64,000 nt of DNA, taken from Phoronis australis. Its lineage: Eukaryota; Animalia; Phoronida. Location of the stretch: positions 198,628 to 262,627 of the forward strand of contig NMRA01000586.1 in the NCBI GenBank assembly GCA_002633005.1, in the 5' to 3' direction. The translations under genes and the position numbers were made by a program. The notes beneath the pieces were generated by a model. It did no database searches. It had not been told where the DNA came from and saw nothing but the letters and a program-made list of their open reading frames with translations. This document shows, in pieces, positions 1 through 11,800 of this stretch (position 1 is its first letter; each line of letters starts with the position of its first letter).

Positions 1-165
1 CATCTTGAAGTCCCTCATCCCCATGGGCTCTCAGCTGCTGTCTGCAACCAATGAGGGGACTGGGTTTGCAGAACTTATGGTTGTCATGGCGACCCTGGCA
101 GGGGCGGGGTCTGGTGTAGGACATGCCTCCTTGTTCCAGGCTGCTGCTGGTTGGCTGAGTCTATG
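1..165 (+). CDS. UBR4: UBR4 exon, duplicate (probably allelic) copy, truncated by window edge
   Basis: Matches 4366-4530 (ILKSLIPMG...WLSL); donor TG|GTATGG. Confidence 0.75.
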
Positions 166-505
166 GTATGGTTCATCTTCTTAACTGACTCATATTTCCC
201 TTAATCGTTTCGCAATATTTGTTCGATATATTCTTGAACTCACACTCAGCTCGATTGTTTATCTAGTTTTCTCTTCTCGATACTTTTTTCACTACACAGT
301 GACTTTATTGATACACTTTTCACTGGTCAAAGCTAGAAGGCAGAATTGACATTATGTCTCCTATCACAACTTGACCACTGGCTATTCTGTGACTAACCAC
401 TACCAATTGTTATGAATCTCGATCAACTGAATTGCCTAGTTTGTAGTTGAAGTTATTAGTTGGAAAGTGTCTTTAATTGACGGTGTTTGGTCTCCTTATC
501 TTCAG

Positions 506-569
506 CAAAGCTTATCTATCACAACAAGATGTTATCAACAAGCTGAAGGTGGACACCAAAGATGAACAG
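506..569 (+). CDS. UBR4: UBR4 exon, duplicate copy
   Basis: KAYLSQQDVINKLKVDTKDEQ; matches 4874-4937. Confidence 0.75.
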
Positions 570-1343
570 GTATGTAGAGTTGAAACTGAAATGAAATTGG
601 TTACGCTCTTTTGTGTGTTCTTGCGAACTAGTGCTCTTGACTACTTGAAGATTTATTTGCATGCTCCTAACTACGCTTATTTGTAGCAAGAACCAAACGA
701 CGATGCTATTTTAACATGATCTACACTAAACAAAGTGCAGTTGTATTCATTGACAACTTGTAAATATGAAAACAAAATACTGCAAATAGGTGACCTATAC
801 ATTATGTACCTTGAGGGCTCACATGGCCCTCGTCATGCAGTGTTATTCCCCAGCACCAAGTCACGATACTTACTGGACACGTTTGAGTGATATACAGCGG
901 ATCGTTTTCAACCTAAAATTCGTTCTTGCATTTGGCAATTTTCAACCTACTTCATATTCACATTGTTGCTTCATGTTGTCTTGCTTACTAATTTGACCAA
1001 GTAATCGCAGAGATAAGGACTTAACCTGCAAGTTCCACTAAAAGTTGGTAATATATTTTTGACCAGTGATATGATATATCATGGTTAAAATATTGGATGC
1101 TTACTAGTTGGGTGATGTGTTATGAAAAAAAAAATTTAACTGCATGCTGCGAGAAGTATGCAACTGAACTGAGACAACTGTGAGACGGGGCTCCATGTTT
1201 CTGATAGACTGCATTTCATCAAACTGTTGCCCAACTAGCACCTCTTTGTGATTGGTTGGCTGGAGATGTTTTGGCCCCGCATCCTCACTCCTACCTCAGC
1301 TCCTTGTATTGACAATATGTCAATCATGCTGTATTGTTTACAG

Positions 1344-1426
1344 TGTCAGCCTATGTTGGAGTCGACATGTTACCTACTGTCCTATGTAGGAGATATCCTG
1401 AGGGCGCTCAAGAAGTCTTCAGAAAG
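1344..1426 (+). CDS. UBR4: UBR4 exon, duplicate copy
   Basis: CQPMLESTCYLLSYVGDILRALKKSSE; matches 5760-5842. Confidence 0.75.
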
Positions 1427-2258
1427 GTATGTGCTGTTAATAGTGGAGGTGTGCTCTGTCAAGTAAATTTCTCGCAAGTTTGGCGAGTGTTTTGTGAGCA
1501 AGCTTGCAACCTTGCTGATGTATTCCTGCAAAATGGCTGCCGCCGAAGTAATTGGTCGGCGAGGTTGGACTGTTAAGTTGCTGGATAAAAGTAATAGTAT
1601 GTGTGTCGATAGACCAGGATTCTTACTGTGTGTTGTAAATGACTGGCATTGTGGGGTATTCGTTGGCATGTTTGTTAGGAAAGTCTGTCGACTCTCAAGG
1701 TCGACTCTCAAGGTCGCCTAGAAGTTGTACAAATGGCTGACTTTAATTTTGTGTTAATTGTGACACAAGTGTAATCATTCTTCAGTTTATCGTTACGTTA
1801 AGACCATTCATCTATTCAAAAGTCCGAGTGTATGCAGGTGTCTTAAACTGATTGATGTTCTGTTGACGAATGTCAGTTTTGTGATACAACTGTCAAATGT
1901 CCTTTGATTGATGATTTCGCCCGAGACATTACTCACAAACAGTTCAAAAAAAGTTCACAAAACTTTTTTGTTTAAAGTGAAGAAATTTGGAGTTTTCAGT
2001 TAATTTTCATTGTTTTTGTCATTTCCCTCGGGATTTTTACCATGACGAGGGTTTCGATGAAATTTTTGCGAATTTCCACAAAATTTGTCATTTCTGAAAA
2101 CTGATTTTTGTTCATGACAATTAATTGTACTCAATAGCTTTACGTTTTGGCTTGCTGTGGCGAAATTTCGCCTCTAGGTGCTGCTGTGTTTTGTTGAATC
2201 TACTGTCATACTGTTTACTATATGGTTGTGTTTTACCCATAATGCTGTTGTCTTGCAG

Positions 2259-2304
2259 GCCAGGCGCCACGTCTCCTCCTTATGAGACTGAGATATCTAC
2301 TGTG
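2259..2304 (+). CDS. UBR4: UBR4 exon, duplicate copy
   Basis: PGATSPPYETEISTV; matches 6676-6721 with one T/A amino-acid difference. Confidence 0.7.
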
Positions 2305-2550
2305 GTAAGTTGACTGACTTGAAGTGATGAAACTGTGGCTGACACAAACTGCTAACAGACATATTTTGCTGAGAATTCAGTATCCCCTATATATACCAGT
2401 AAAGCAGGATGTTGTATGTTATTGGCCCATTTGATTTTGCTTCAAATTTCGTACGACTTGTGAGCTTACTGGTAAATCAGTGTGAGTCATTTCTGACAAA
2501 TGATCGAGTGTAATGGTTTGAATGAATCACACGGTGTATCAGTGTACTCT

Positions 2551-2703
2551 GCACTGAGGTGAACCATGACTGTTTGCATTCAGTAAAGCCACTCTCTTGT
2601 CACTGAGGTGAACCATGACTGGTTGCATTCAGTAAAGCCACTCTCTAGTCACTGAGGTGACCCATGACTGGTTGCATTCAGTAAAGCCACTCTCTTGTCA
2701 CTG
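2551..2703 (+). repeat. ~50 bp minisatellite (3 units; 4 units in the second copy at ~6973-7172)
   Basis: Repeated cactgaggtgaaccatgactggttgcattcagtaaagccactctcttgt. Confidence 0.9.
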
Positions 2704-3402
2704 CATCAATTTCTGTATCTTGTGCATAGACATTTCACCATGTTTAGCTGGTTAAAAAGTAAAATTGGAACTGGGCATTTTACTCTTATGAAGAACTTTT
2801 CTTTAACAATCCTTACCGTGATAGGATTCTTTTTCGCTTGCCAACAGCAACATTGAGGCCAACAGCAACATTGAGGTCATCAGCAACACAGTGAGGAGGC
2901 AGTGTTACCTAAACAAATCAGTGTTCATCTCCTGTACTCGAGGTCATGGGTTCCAGTCCCGCTAACACACCCTGCTAGACCCTTGAGTTAGGTTTCTGGC
3001 TCTTCATCTCGGTTTTAACTATATTGTTAATAAAGCACGAATTTCAAAATTGTTCCAGTTGATCAATGCAATGGGTCCACATGAATGATCCTCCTGCAAT
3101 TTTTTTTTTCGCTGCAACTCCAGAAAGCTTCAGTCTTAATTAGGGTTAGCCTACCCTAACTTTGCAAATTCAAAAACGGTGCATGCATTGCCTGTGAATT
3201 GAGTTGGCGAAGAACATAAAATATCATAATGTTAAGCAAAATGAGACGAGATCCACCTTAATGGAGGGAAATGCAACTTTAACAAGACAGTGGTCATCTG
3301 TCTCAAGTGCATACTGCAATTGTTCATGACTATTAGAGCTTGTCAATAGGTGTTACGGTATAATGAGTGAGGTCGTATGTTGACTTTCTCTATTTCCTTC
3401 AG

Positions 3403-3468
3403 GATCATGACAGTGATTGGGCTGATGACGTCGCTCCCGAGGAAGAAGATTCTGCTGCAGAGGATTCC
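3403..3468 (+). CDS. UBR4: UBR4 exon, duplicate copy
   Basis: DHDSDWADDVAPEEEDSAAEDS; matches 7899-7964. Confidence 0.75.
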
Positions 3469-3762
3469 GTAAGTTCAACATGGCCGAGACACGTGAATCC
3501 TTGTAGAGTTGTCACTCAGTAATACGGTAAAATCTCATCAATTTAGGACACAATATGGCCGACAGGAGACATTTTGTTTTCTCATTTTTCCCTGAAGGAT
3601 GTGTAGCACCAGGTTGAAGCCTTAGTGATGGATGGCTGCCACAGCTGTAACTATGACTATGTAAGAATAATTAGTCTTCACACTTGCCATGTGTGGGTCA
3701 GATCACGTCACCTATACTTAAGTCTCAAAAAAAGTTTGCCCTGAGTGTGGTTCAAATGCGTT

Positions 3763-4236
3763 NNNNNNNNNNNNNNNNNNNNNNNNNNNNNNNNNNNNNN
3801 NNNNNNNNNNNNNNNNNNNNNNNNNNNNNNNNNNNNNNNNNNNNNNNNNNNNNNNNNNNNNNNNNNNNNNNNNNNNNNNNNNNNNNNNNNNNNNNNNNNN
3901 NNNNNNNNNNNNNNNNNNNNNNNNNNNNNNNNNNNNNNNNNNNNNNNNNNNNNNNNNNNNNNNNNNNNNNNNNNNNNNNNNNNNNNNNNNNNNNNNNNNN
4001 NNNNNNNNNNNNNNNNNNNNNNNNNNNNNNNNNNNNNNNNNNNNNNNNNNNNNNNNNNNNNNNNNNNNNNNNNNNNNNNNNNNNNNNNNNNNNNNNNNNN
4101 NNNNNNNNNNNNNNNNNNNNNNNNNNNNNNNNNNNNNNNNNNNNNNNNNNNNNNNNNNNNNNNNNNNNNNNNNNNNNNNNNNNNNNNNNNNNNNNNNNNN
4201 NNNNNNNNNNNNNNNNNNNNNNNNNNNNNNNNNNNN
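3763..4236. other. Assembly gap (N run)
   Basis: Run of N. Confidence 1.
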
Positions 4237-4338
4237 AGATTGTTCAACGTTAACATGACGTCTCAGTTTTCTGTTCTGAAAAGAGTGTACTGTCTACAAA
4301 GAATATGTGGAACATTTACTAGCTTTGTTTGTTTGCAG

Positions 4339-4530
4339 TTATGTAGGCGAGGAGGTGGCCACGGCCATCTTGAAGTCCCTCATCCCCATGGGCTCTCAGC
4401 TGCTGTCTGCAACCAATGAGGGGACTGGGTTTGCAGAACTTATGGTTGTCATGGCGACCCTGGCAGGGGCGGGGTCTGGTGTAGGACATGCCTCCTTGTT
4501 CCAGGCTGCTGCTGGTTGGCTGAGTCTATG
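4339..4530 (+). CDS. UBR4: UBR4 exon
   Basis: tttgcag|T; YVGEEVATAILKSLIPMG...GFAELMVVMATLAGAGSGVGH...WLSL; donor GTATGG. Confidence 0.92.
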
Positions 4531-4873
4531 GTATGGTTCATCTTCTTAACTGACTCATATTTCCCTTAATCGTTTCGCAATATTTGTTCGATATATTCAT
4601 GAACTCACACTCAGCTCGATTGTTTATGTAGTTTTCTCTTCTCGATACTTTTTTCACTACACAGTGACTTTATTGATACACCTTTCACTGGTCAAAGCTA
4701 GAAGGCAGAATTGACATTATGTCTCCTATCACAACTTGACCACTGGCTATTCTGTGACTAACCACTACCAAATGTATTTTGTTATCAATCTCGATCAACT
4801 GAATTGCCTAGTTTGTAGTTGAAGTTATTAGTTGGAAAGTGTCTTTAATTGTGTTTGGTCTCCTTATCTTCAG

Positions 4874-4937
4874 CAAAGCTTATCTATCACAACAAGATGT
4901 TATCAACAAGCTGAAGGTGGACACCAAAGATGAACAG
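4874..4937 (+). CDS. UBR4: UBR4 exon
   Basis: KAYLSQQDVINKLKVDTKDEQ; AG/GT boundaries. Confidence 0.9.
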
Positions 4938-5759
4938 GTATGTAGAGTTGAAACTGAAATGAAATTGGTTACGCTCTTTTGCGTGTTCTTGCGAACTAGT
5001 GCTCTTGACTACTTGAAGATTTATTTGCATGCTCCTAACTACGCTTATTTGTAGCAAGAACCAAACGACGGTGCTATTTCAACATGATCTACGCTAAACA
5101 AAGTGCAGTAATTGTTGTATGCATTGACAGCTTGTAAATATGAAAACAAAAAATTCTGCAAATAGGTGACCTATACATTATGTACCTTTAGGGCTCACAT
5201 GGCCCTCGTCATGCTGTGTTATTCCGCAGCACCAAGTCACGATACTTACTGGACACGTTTGAGTGATATACAGCGGATCGTTTTCAACCTAAAATTCGTT
5301 CTTGCATTTGGCAATTTTCAACCTACTTCATATTCACATTGTTGCTTCATGTTGTGTTGCTTACTAATTTGACGAAGCAATCGCAGAGATAAGGACTTAA
5401 CCTGCAAGTTCCACTAAAAGTTGGTAGTATATTTTTGACCAGTGATATCATATATCACGGTTAGAATTATATTTGATGCTCACTAGTTAGGTGATGTGTT
5501 ATGAAAAAAAAAATTTTAACTGCATGCTGCGAGAACTATGCAACTGAGCTGAGAAAACTGTGAGACGGGGTTCCGTGTTTCTAATAGACTACATTTCATC
5601 AAACTGTTGCCCAACTAGCACCTTTTTGTGATTTTCCAACTTGCCATATAGATTGGTTGGCTGGAGATATTTTGACTCCGCCCCCTCACCCCTACCTCAG
5701 CTCCTTGTATTGACAAACCAACATACAAAATTATGTCAATCATGCTGTATTGTTTACAG

Positions 5760-5842
5760 TGTCAGCCTATGTTGGAGTCGACATGCTACCTACTGTCCTA
5801 TGTAGGAGATATCCTGAGGGCGCTCAAGAAGTCTTCAGAAAG
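5760..5842 (+). CDS. UBR4: UBR4 exon
   Basis: CQPMLESTCYLLSYVGDILRALKKSSE; AG/GT boundaries. Confidence 0.88.
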
Positions 5843-6675
5843 GTATGTGCTGTTAATAGTGGAGGTGTGCTCTGTCAAGCAAATTTCTCGCAAGTTTGGC
5901 GAGTGTTTTGTGAGCAAGCTTGTAACCTTGCTGATGTATTCCTGCAAAATGGCTGCCGCCGAAGTAATTGGTCGGCGAGGTTGTACTGTTAAGTTGCTGG
6001 ATAAAAGTAATAGTATGTGTGTCATTAAACCAGGTTTCTTACTGTGTGTTGTAAATGACTGGAATTGAGGAGTGTGGCATTTGTTGGCATGTTTGTTAGG
6101 AAAGTCTGTCGACTCTCAAGGTCGCCTAGAAGTTGTACAAATGGCTGACTGTAATTTTGTGTTAATTTGTGACACAAGTGTCATCATTCTTCAGTTTATT
6201 GTTACGTTAAGACCATTCATCTATTCAAAAGTCCGAGTGTATACAGGTGTCTTAAACTGATGGATGTTCTGTTGACGAATGTCAGTTTTGTGATACAACT
6301 GTCAAATGTCCTTTGGTTTAGGATTTCGCCTGAGACATTACTCACAAACAGTTCAAAAAAAGTTCACAAGAACTTTTTGTCTAAAGTGAGGAAATTTGGA
6401 GTTCAAAGTTTTCAGTTGATTTTCATTGTTTTTGTCATTTCCCTCGGGATTTTTACCATGATGATGGTTTCGATGAAATTTTTGCAAATTTCCACAAAAT
6501 TTGTCATTTCTGAAAACTGATTTTTGTTACATGACAATTAATTGTACTCAATAGCTTTACGTTTTGGCTTGCTGTGGAGAAATATCGCCTCTAGGTGGTG
6601 CTGTGTTTTGTTGAATCTACTGTCATACTGTTTACTATATGGTTGTGTTTTACCCATAAGGCTGTTGTCTTCCAG

Positions 6676-6721
6676 GCCAGGCGCCACGTCTCCACCTTAT
6701 GAAACTGAGATATCTGCTGTG
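6676..6721 (+). CDS. UBR4: UBR4 exon
   Basis: PGATSPPYETEISAV; phase-compatible; GTAAGT donor. Confidence 0.82.
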
Positions 6722-7898
6722 GTAAGTTGACTGACTTGAAGTGATGAAACTGTGGCTGACACAAACTGCTACCAAACATATTTTGCTGAGAATTCAGTAT
6801 CCCCTATACATACCAGTAAAGCAGGATGTTGTATGTTATTGGCCCATTTGATTTTGCTTCAAATTTTGTACGACTTGTGAGCTTACTGGTAAATCAGTGT
6901 GAGTCATTTCTGACAAATGATCGAGTGTAATGGTTTGAATGAATCGCACGGTGTATCTGAGAGTGTACTCTGCACTGAGGTGAACCATGACTGGTTGCAT
7001 TCAGTAAAGCCACTCTCTTGTCACTGAGGTGAACCATGACTGGTTGCATTCAGTAAAGCCGCTCTCTTGTCACTGAGGTGAACCATGACTGGTTGCATTC
7101 AGTAAAGCCACTGTCTTGTCACTGAGGTGAACCATGACTGGTTGCATTCAGTAAAGCCACTCTCTTGTCAGTGCATCAATTTCTGTATCTTGTGCATTAG
7201 ACATTTCACCATGTTTAGCTGGACGGTTAAAAAGTAAAAATGGAACTGGGCATTTTACTCTTATGAAGAACGTTTCTTTAACAATCCTTACCATGATAGG
7301 ATTCTTTTTCGTTTGCCAACAGCAACATTGAGGCCAACAGCAACATTGAGGTCATCAGCAACATTGAGGCCATCAGCAACACAGTGAGGAGGCAGTGTTA
7401 CCTAAACAAATCAGTGTTCATTTCCTGTACTCGAGGTCATGGGTTCCAGTCCCGCTAACACACCCTGCTAGACCCTTGAGTTAGGTTTCTGGCTCCTCAT
7501 CTCGGTTTTAACTATATTGTTAATAAAGCATGAATTTCAAAATTGTTCCAGTTGATCAGTGCAATGGGTCCACATGAATGATCCTCCTGCAATTTTTTTC
7601 GCTGCAACTCCAGAAAACGCTTCAGTCTTAATTAGGGTTAGCCAACTCTAACTTTGCAAATTCAAAAATGGTGCATGCATTGCCTGTGAATTGAGTTGGT
7701 GAAGAACATAAAATATCATAATGTTAAGCAAAATGAGACGAGTTTTAAGAGCCACCGAAACAGGGGAATTGCAACTTTAGCAAGACAATGGTCATCTGTC
7801 TCAAGTGTATACTGCAATCGTTCATGACTATGAGAGCTTGTCAACAGGTCTTACAGTATAATGAGTGAAGTTGTATGTTGACCTTCTATTTCCTTCAG

Positions 7899-7964
7899 GA
7901 TCATGACAGTGATTGGGCCGATGACGTCGCTCCTGAGGAAGAAGATTCTGCTGCAGAGGATTCC
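7899..7964 (+). CDS. UBR4: UBR4 exon (acidic linker)
   Basis: DHDSDWADDVAPEEEDSAAEDS. Confidence 0.92.
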
Positions 7965-8582
7965 GTAAGTTCAACATGGCCGTAGACACGTGAATCCTTG
8001 TAAAGTCGTGACTCTGTAATACGGTAAAATCTTATCAATTTCGGACACAATATGGCCGACAGGAGACATTTTGTTTTCTCATTTTTTCCATAAAGGATGT
8101 GTAGCACCAAGTTGAAGGCATTACTTTCTGCCAACCATGAAGACACGGTATACCACTGAGGTCTTGGGACCACCGGTTGATTACAGAAATCCAAACAGAC
8201 TAGGAACGCTCTTACCCAAACTTTGCATTGCACGTGCAGGGATTTCTGTAATTGCCAGGTGATCCCGAGAGCCCAGTGGACTAGAGAGTTTGCACAGTTA
8301 GCAGAAACTCCCCTGTTGGAAGCCTGGTCAGGGCAGAGATTTTTTCAGACTTAATTATAGGTCACTTGATGCGACCAACATGTGGTGTTTGTGAAGAATA
8401 TTGATTCTTACTTATACAACATCAACGTGCATAGTTACGACAACACAGTTATTATGACTAGTTATACTGTATTGCTGTGTGCTGGCGTCCTTGCTCTTCT
8501 CAGGATAAAGAGAGTCTCAACGGTTATTGTAACTAGTTATAATGTATTACTGTGTGCTAGAAGTGTCTTTTGTTGTTCTCAG

Positions 8583-8653
8583 GATGAAGAGAGTCTCAAC
8601 AGCAAGCTGTGTACATTCACTGTCACTCAGAGAGAGTTTATGAATCAGCACTG
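8583..8653 (+). CDS. UBR4: UBR4 exon, start of UBR box
   Basis: [23 protein letters not shown](W). Confidence 0.96.
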
Positions 8654-8968
8654 GTGAGTAGAGTAAGTCGCCATCACCAATCACTTGTCTGGGATTGCTT
8701 GTTCATAGTTTGAACATTAGGCAGGTGGTGATCATCGAAGTGTTCATTCAAGGAGTGTTTGTCCAGCGACTGAACATTTTGCACTCGCTTCTCCAAACTT
8801 AATACTCTAATGTGTAGGCTTAGTTCAATTTTGAAGTTGTACAAACTATTATTGTAAGTAATTAACCCATCGCATGCAAAAGCCAAGTCTAACTGTTATA
8901 AGACTTGCAGACAGTGCTGCCACCCTCAGTCATCTCCCCCAGTACTGTCACACCTGTATACTCTCCAG

Positions 8969-9116
8969 GTACCACTGTCACACCTGTAAGATGGTGGACC
9001 GTGTAGGTGTATGCAGCGTGTGTGCCAAGGTATGTCACAAAGACCATGATGTCACCTACGCCAAGTTTGGCTCCTTCTTCTGTGACTGTGGCGCCAAGGA
9101 GGACGCCAGCTGCCAG
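8969..9116 (+). CDS. UBR4: UBR4 exon, UBR-box zinc finger
   Basis: [49 protein letters not shown]. Confidence 0.97.
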
Positions 9117-10928
9117 GTAAGACAACTATTATATAAACTATGAAAAGGGTCGAAATTGGCTAAATTCAGAGCATCACGTCGCCAAATTGACTGGTTGACT
9201 TCATATGATACTGTCGCATTCTATGCTTGATGCACTGTTTTTAGGAATAATTTTTGTTTTGCAAAGTGTTTCAATTTTACATGAAGGATATCAAAGATAG
9301 GACTGTTTTGATTTTCTTGAATAAATGCAAAGTTGCAGACAGTCGAGTACAAAGAATAACAGAGTGTTTTTGAGGTTTTATCTTGAACATTTAAATCAAA
9401 TGAAATTTGGTCAATCAAGTTACTGATACAACTGGATTTGGTCCCAGTGTATATTTCATTTTTGCTAAATTTTACTAAAAAGACATGGTCACGTGACCCA
9501 ATTAATGACATATTGGTATTTGGCTAAAGATCACATTTTATAAGCTATCTACTAAAATAATTTTACCTGAATGTTTGGCTAAATTGAACGACATGTCAGG
9601 AAGGTCCTACATAGCCCTTTTAACATGTCAGTTTATTTTGTCAAAATTCTAACTTCAGTTAGTAAAAGAATACATTTTATGTAAGTGGAAGGCCTTTAGA
9701 AGTTGACTTTTAAATGTTTAAAAATATTAGCAAAGTACATTGGGAACAAAACTACATTCAATAAAATGGCCAATTTCATTTGATATCTGTAAAAGTTCAA
9801 TATGAAGTCTCAAAGTTGTTACGATTTTCTGAATTTCAATTTTGTGTTCGCATTACGCCGCTTTCGATTTTTATCATAAAAATCGTACTAAATTAAAGTC
9901 GAATTTTTATAGCTCCACATGCTGAGCTGATAATTTTAAAAGCAATTTACTCCGACCTTAAGCTTATTGGTGAACAGTGCGTATAACTTAGTGAGAATTG
10001 CAAAGATAAGCCCACCTAAACGTATGCTCATCTGCATATTTTTGGTAGTTGGGCGTGTTGCTGTGAGGAATTTTTGGTTATTCGCTTAGTTCAGGTTTTA
10101 TGCGTCGAAATTAACTCGTAAAATACAAGGCATTTGTGCAAAAAACAGCTGTCTTAGTAGTATATTGCTCAGTATGTAAAAACTAGGCATTTTAAAGCAA
10201 AACCCCAACAGCGTTTTGTGACATAGCTTAATGTTTTTTTATAAAAGTTTTAATAAAATCGGCTGAGGGGTTGTTTTGTTATGATAGAAGTTTTCTTGCA
10301 CGTGAAAATTTGACTTTACGTTTGATGATAATAAGTAGTTAGAGGCATATTTTTACAATCCTCGTTCTTTCTCCTTTCAGAAAATATATACTTTTGATGG
10401 TTCACAAAGCATAGTTTTTTGTTATTTGATTTAGGGTTGAGATCCTTTATTGAGATCCTAGATAACCTTAAGCAGCATCATAAAATGTTTGATGGAATTT
10501 TTGAAAATGCACTTGGCATAAATTCGGTTTTCAAAAGTAGTTTTCCAAAGAGCTGCTCATGGGCCTGTTTTTGGGAATTCCCAATAGTATCGGAAACTTT
10601 CCCATGAATCTAACTATTAACCACTCCACTCCTGAAATATCACGTTCTGAAGTTGGGCCAAATTTTTATTTTTTCGAGGGTCCTGCATAAGCTTAAAGAA
10701 ATTTTAAAGCAAAATTTAATCTATATTAGATACATAAACTTGATATTTTTTAAATAAAACTTCTTTTAGGTTGTAGTGAACAAAATATTGTTTTTTATTG
10801 CGTCTTTCTATTGAGTTGCTTGGAAGCAAGAGGTCTTTTATTGTATACTCATAATGGTGGTTGCTGCCCCTGCTCATAATGGTGATTGTTTCCCCTGCTC
10901 ATAATGATGGTTGTTTCCCCTGCTCCAG

Positions 10929-11126
10929 GCTCTAGTCAAGCGCAGTCAGACCAGTGGACTAGACAGTACGCTGAATGGTCAGACCTCTTCCCCGTTCTCC
11001 ATGGACACCATATTACAGAGCTCCATACGGAAGCGCATGACGACACCCGAGACAACAGAAAAGGACGTTACGAAGGCTGTGGGTCAGGTGTCACGTGCTC
11101 AGGCCGCCCTCTGTAGGCAGATTGAG
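10929..11126 (+). CDS. UBR4: UBR4 exon
   Basis: ALVKRSQTSG...ALCRQIE; 198 nt, phase 0-0. Confidence 0.92.
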
Positions 11127-11599
11127 GTATGACACTGAAGCGAGCTTGCTTGAATAACGGGTTCTATTAGCCATTATTCAAGCACAAAATGGAGAGTACT
11201 CAATTCACGATGGTATTTCTGAAGATTACAGAATATGGATATCTAATACCACGTGGTGCAATTCAAGTGTAAAGCTTGAATACATATAAACTGATCAGTC
11301 AACTTGACCATGATTGATCAGATTTAGTTATCATAACAGATGAAGTATGAGTATTTTGTGTACAAATGTTCTTTGAAAGAAATAATATATATTTGTGTAC
11401 CATACACGCCTGAGGCATGAACACAAAATCTTGTGACATGCTGTTTGTGTGTTGAGGTATAGGTTATGCAGTGTCATCGCTGTCCTAGCTGTTTGCTGTT
11501 AAATTTCACCAAATTTTGGTGACCAAGAGCTCCAGTAAATTTTCTTGAAAAGTCACATCAGTACGTGTACAGTCGAATACTGACCTCTTTGTATATCAG

Positions 11600-11800
11600 G
11601 GCTGCCGTGATGTCCTGACTGCCAACTCTGACGCTGCCAAGGCCATAGAGACAGTTTTGGATCTATTAGGTTCTCTCATGCCCCCTATCACGGAGAACTA
11701 CCTCAAGACGTCGCCTGTAGGTAGCACCACCCGTGCACAGAAGGCCCTTCACGATCTTCACACGCTGCGGAAGACAGTGACCTCTAGTGACCAGTTGATG
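11600..11800 (+). CDS. UBR4: UBR4 exon (absent from ORF track)
   Basis: GCRDVLTAN...SPVGSTTRAQKALHDLHTLRKTVTSSDQLM; GTGAGT donor. Confidence 0.93.

Noticed and set aside
2890-3050. Possible tRNA-SINE remnant (gggttccagtccc...cccttgag), also at ~7390-7550
   Set aside because: It is too degenerate to delimit or classify.
3684-4419. Long ORFs in the ORF track
   Set aside because: They read through the N gap.
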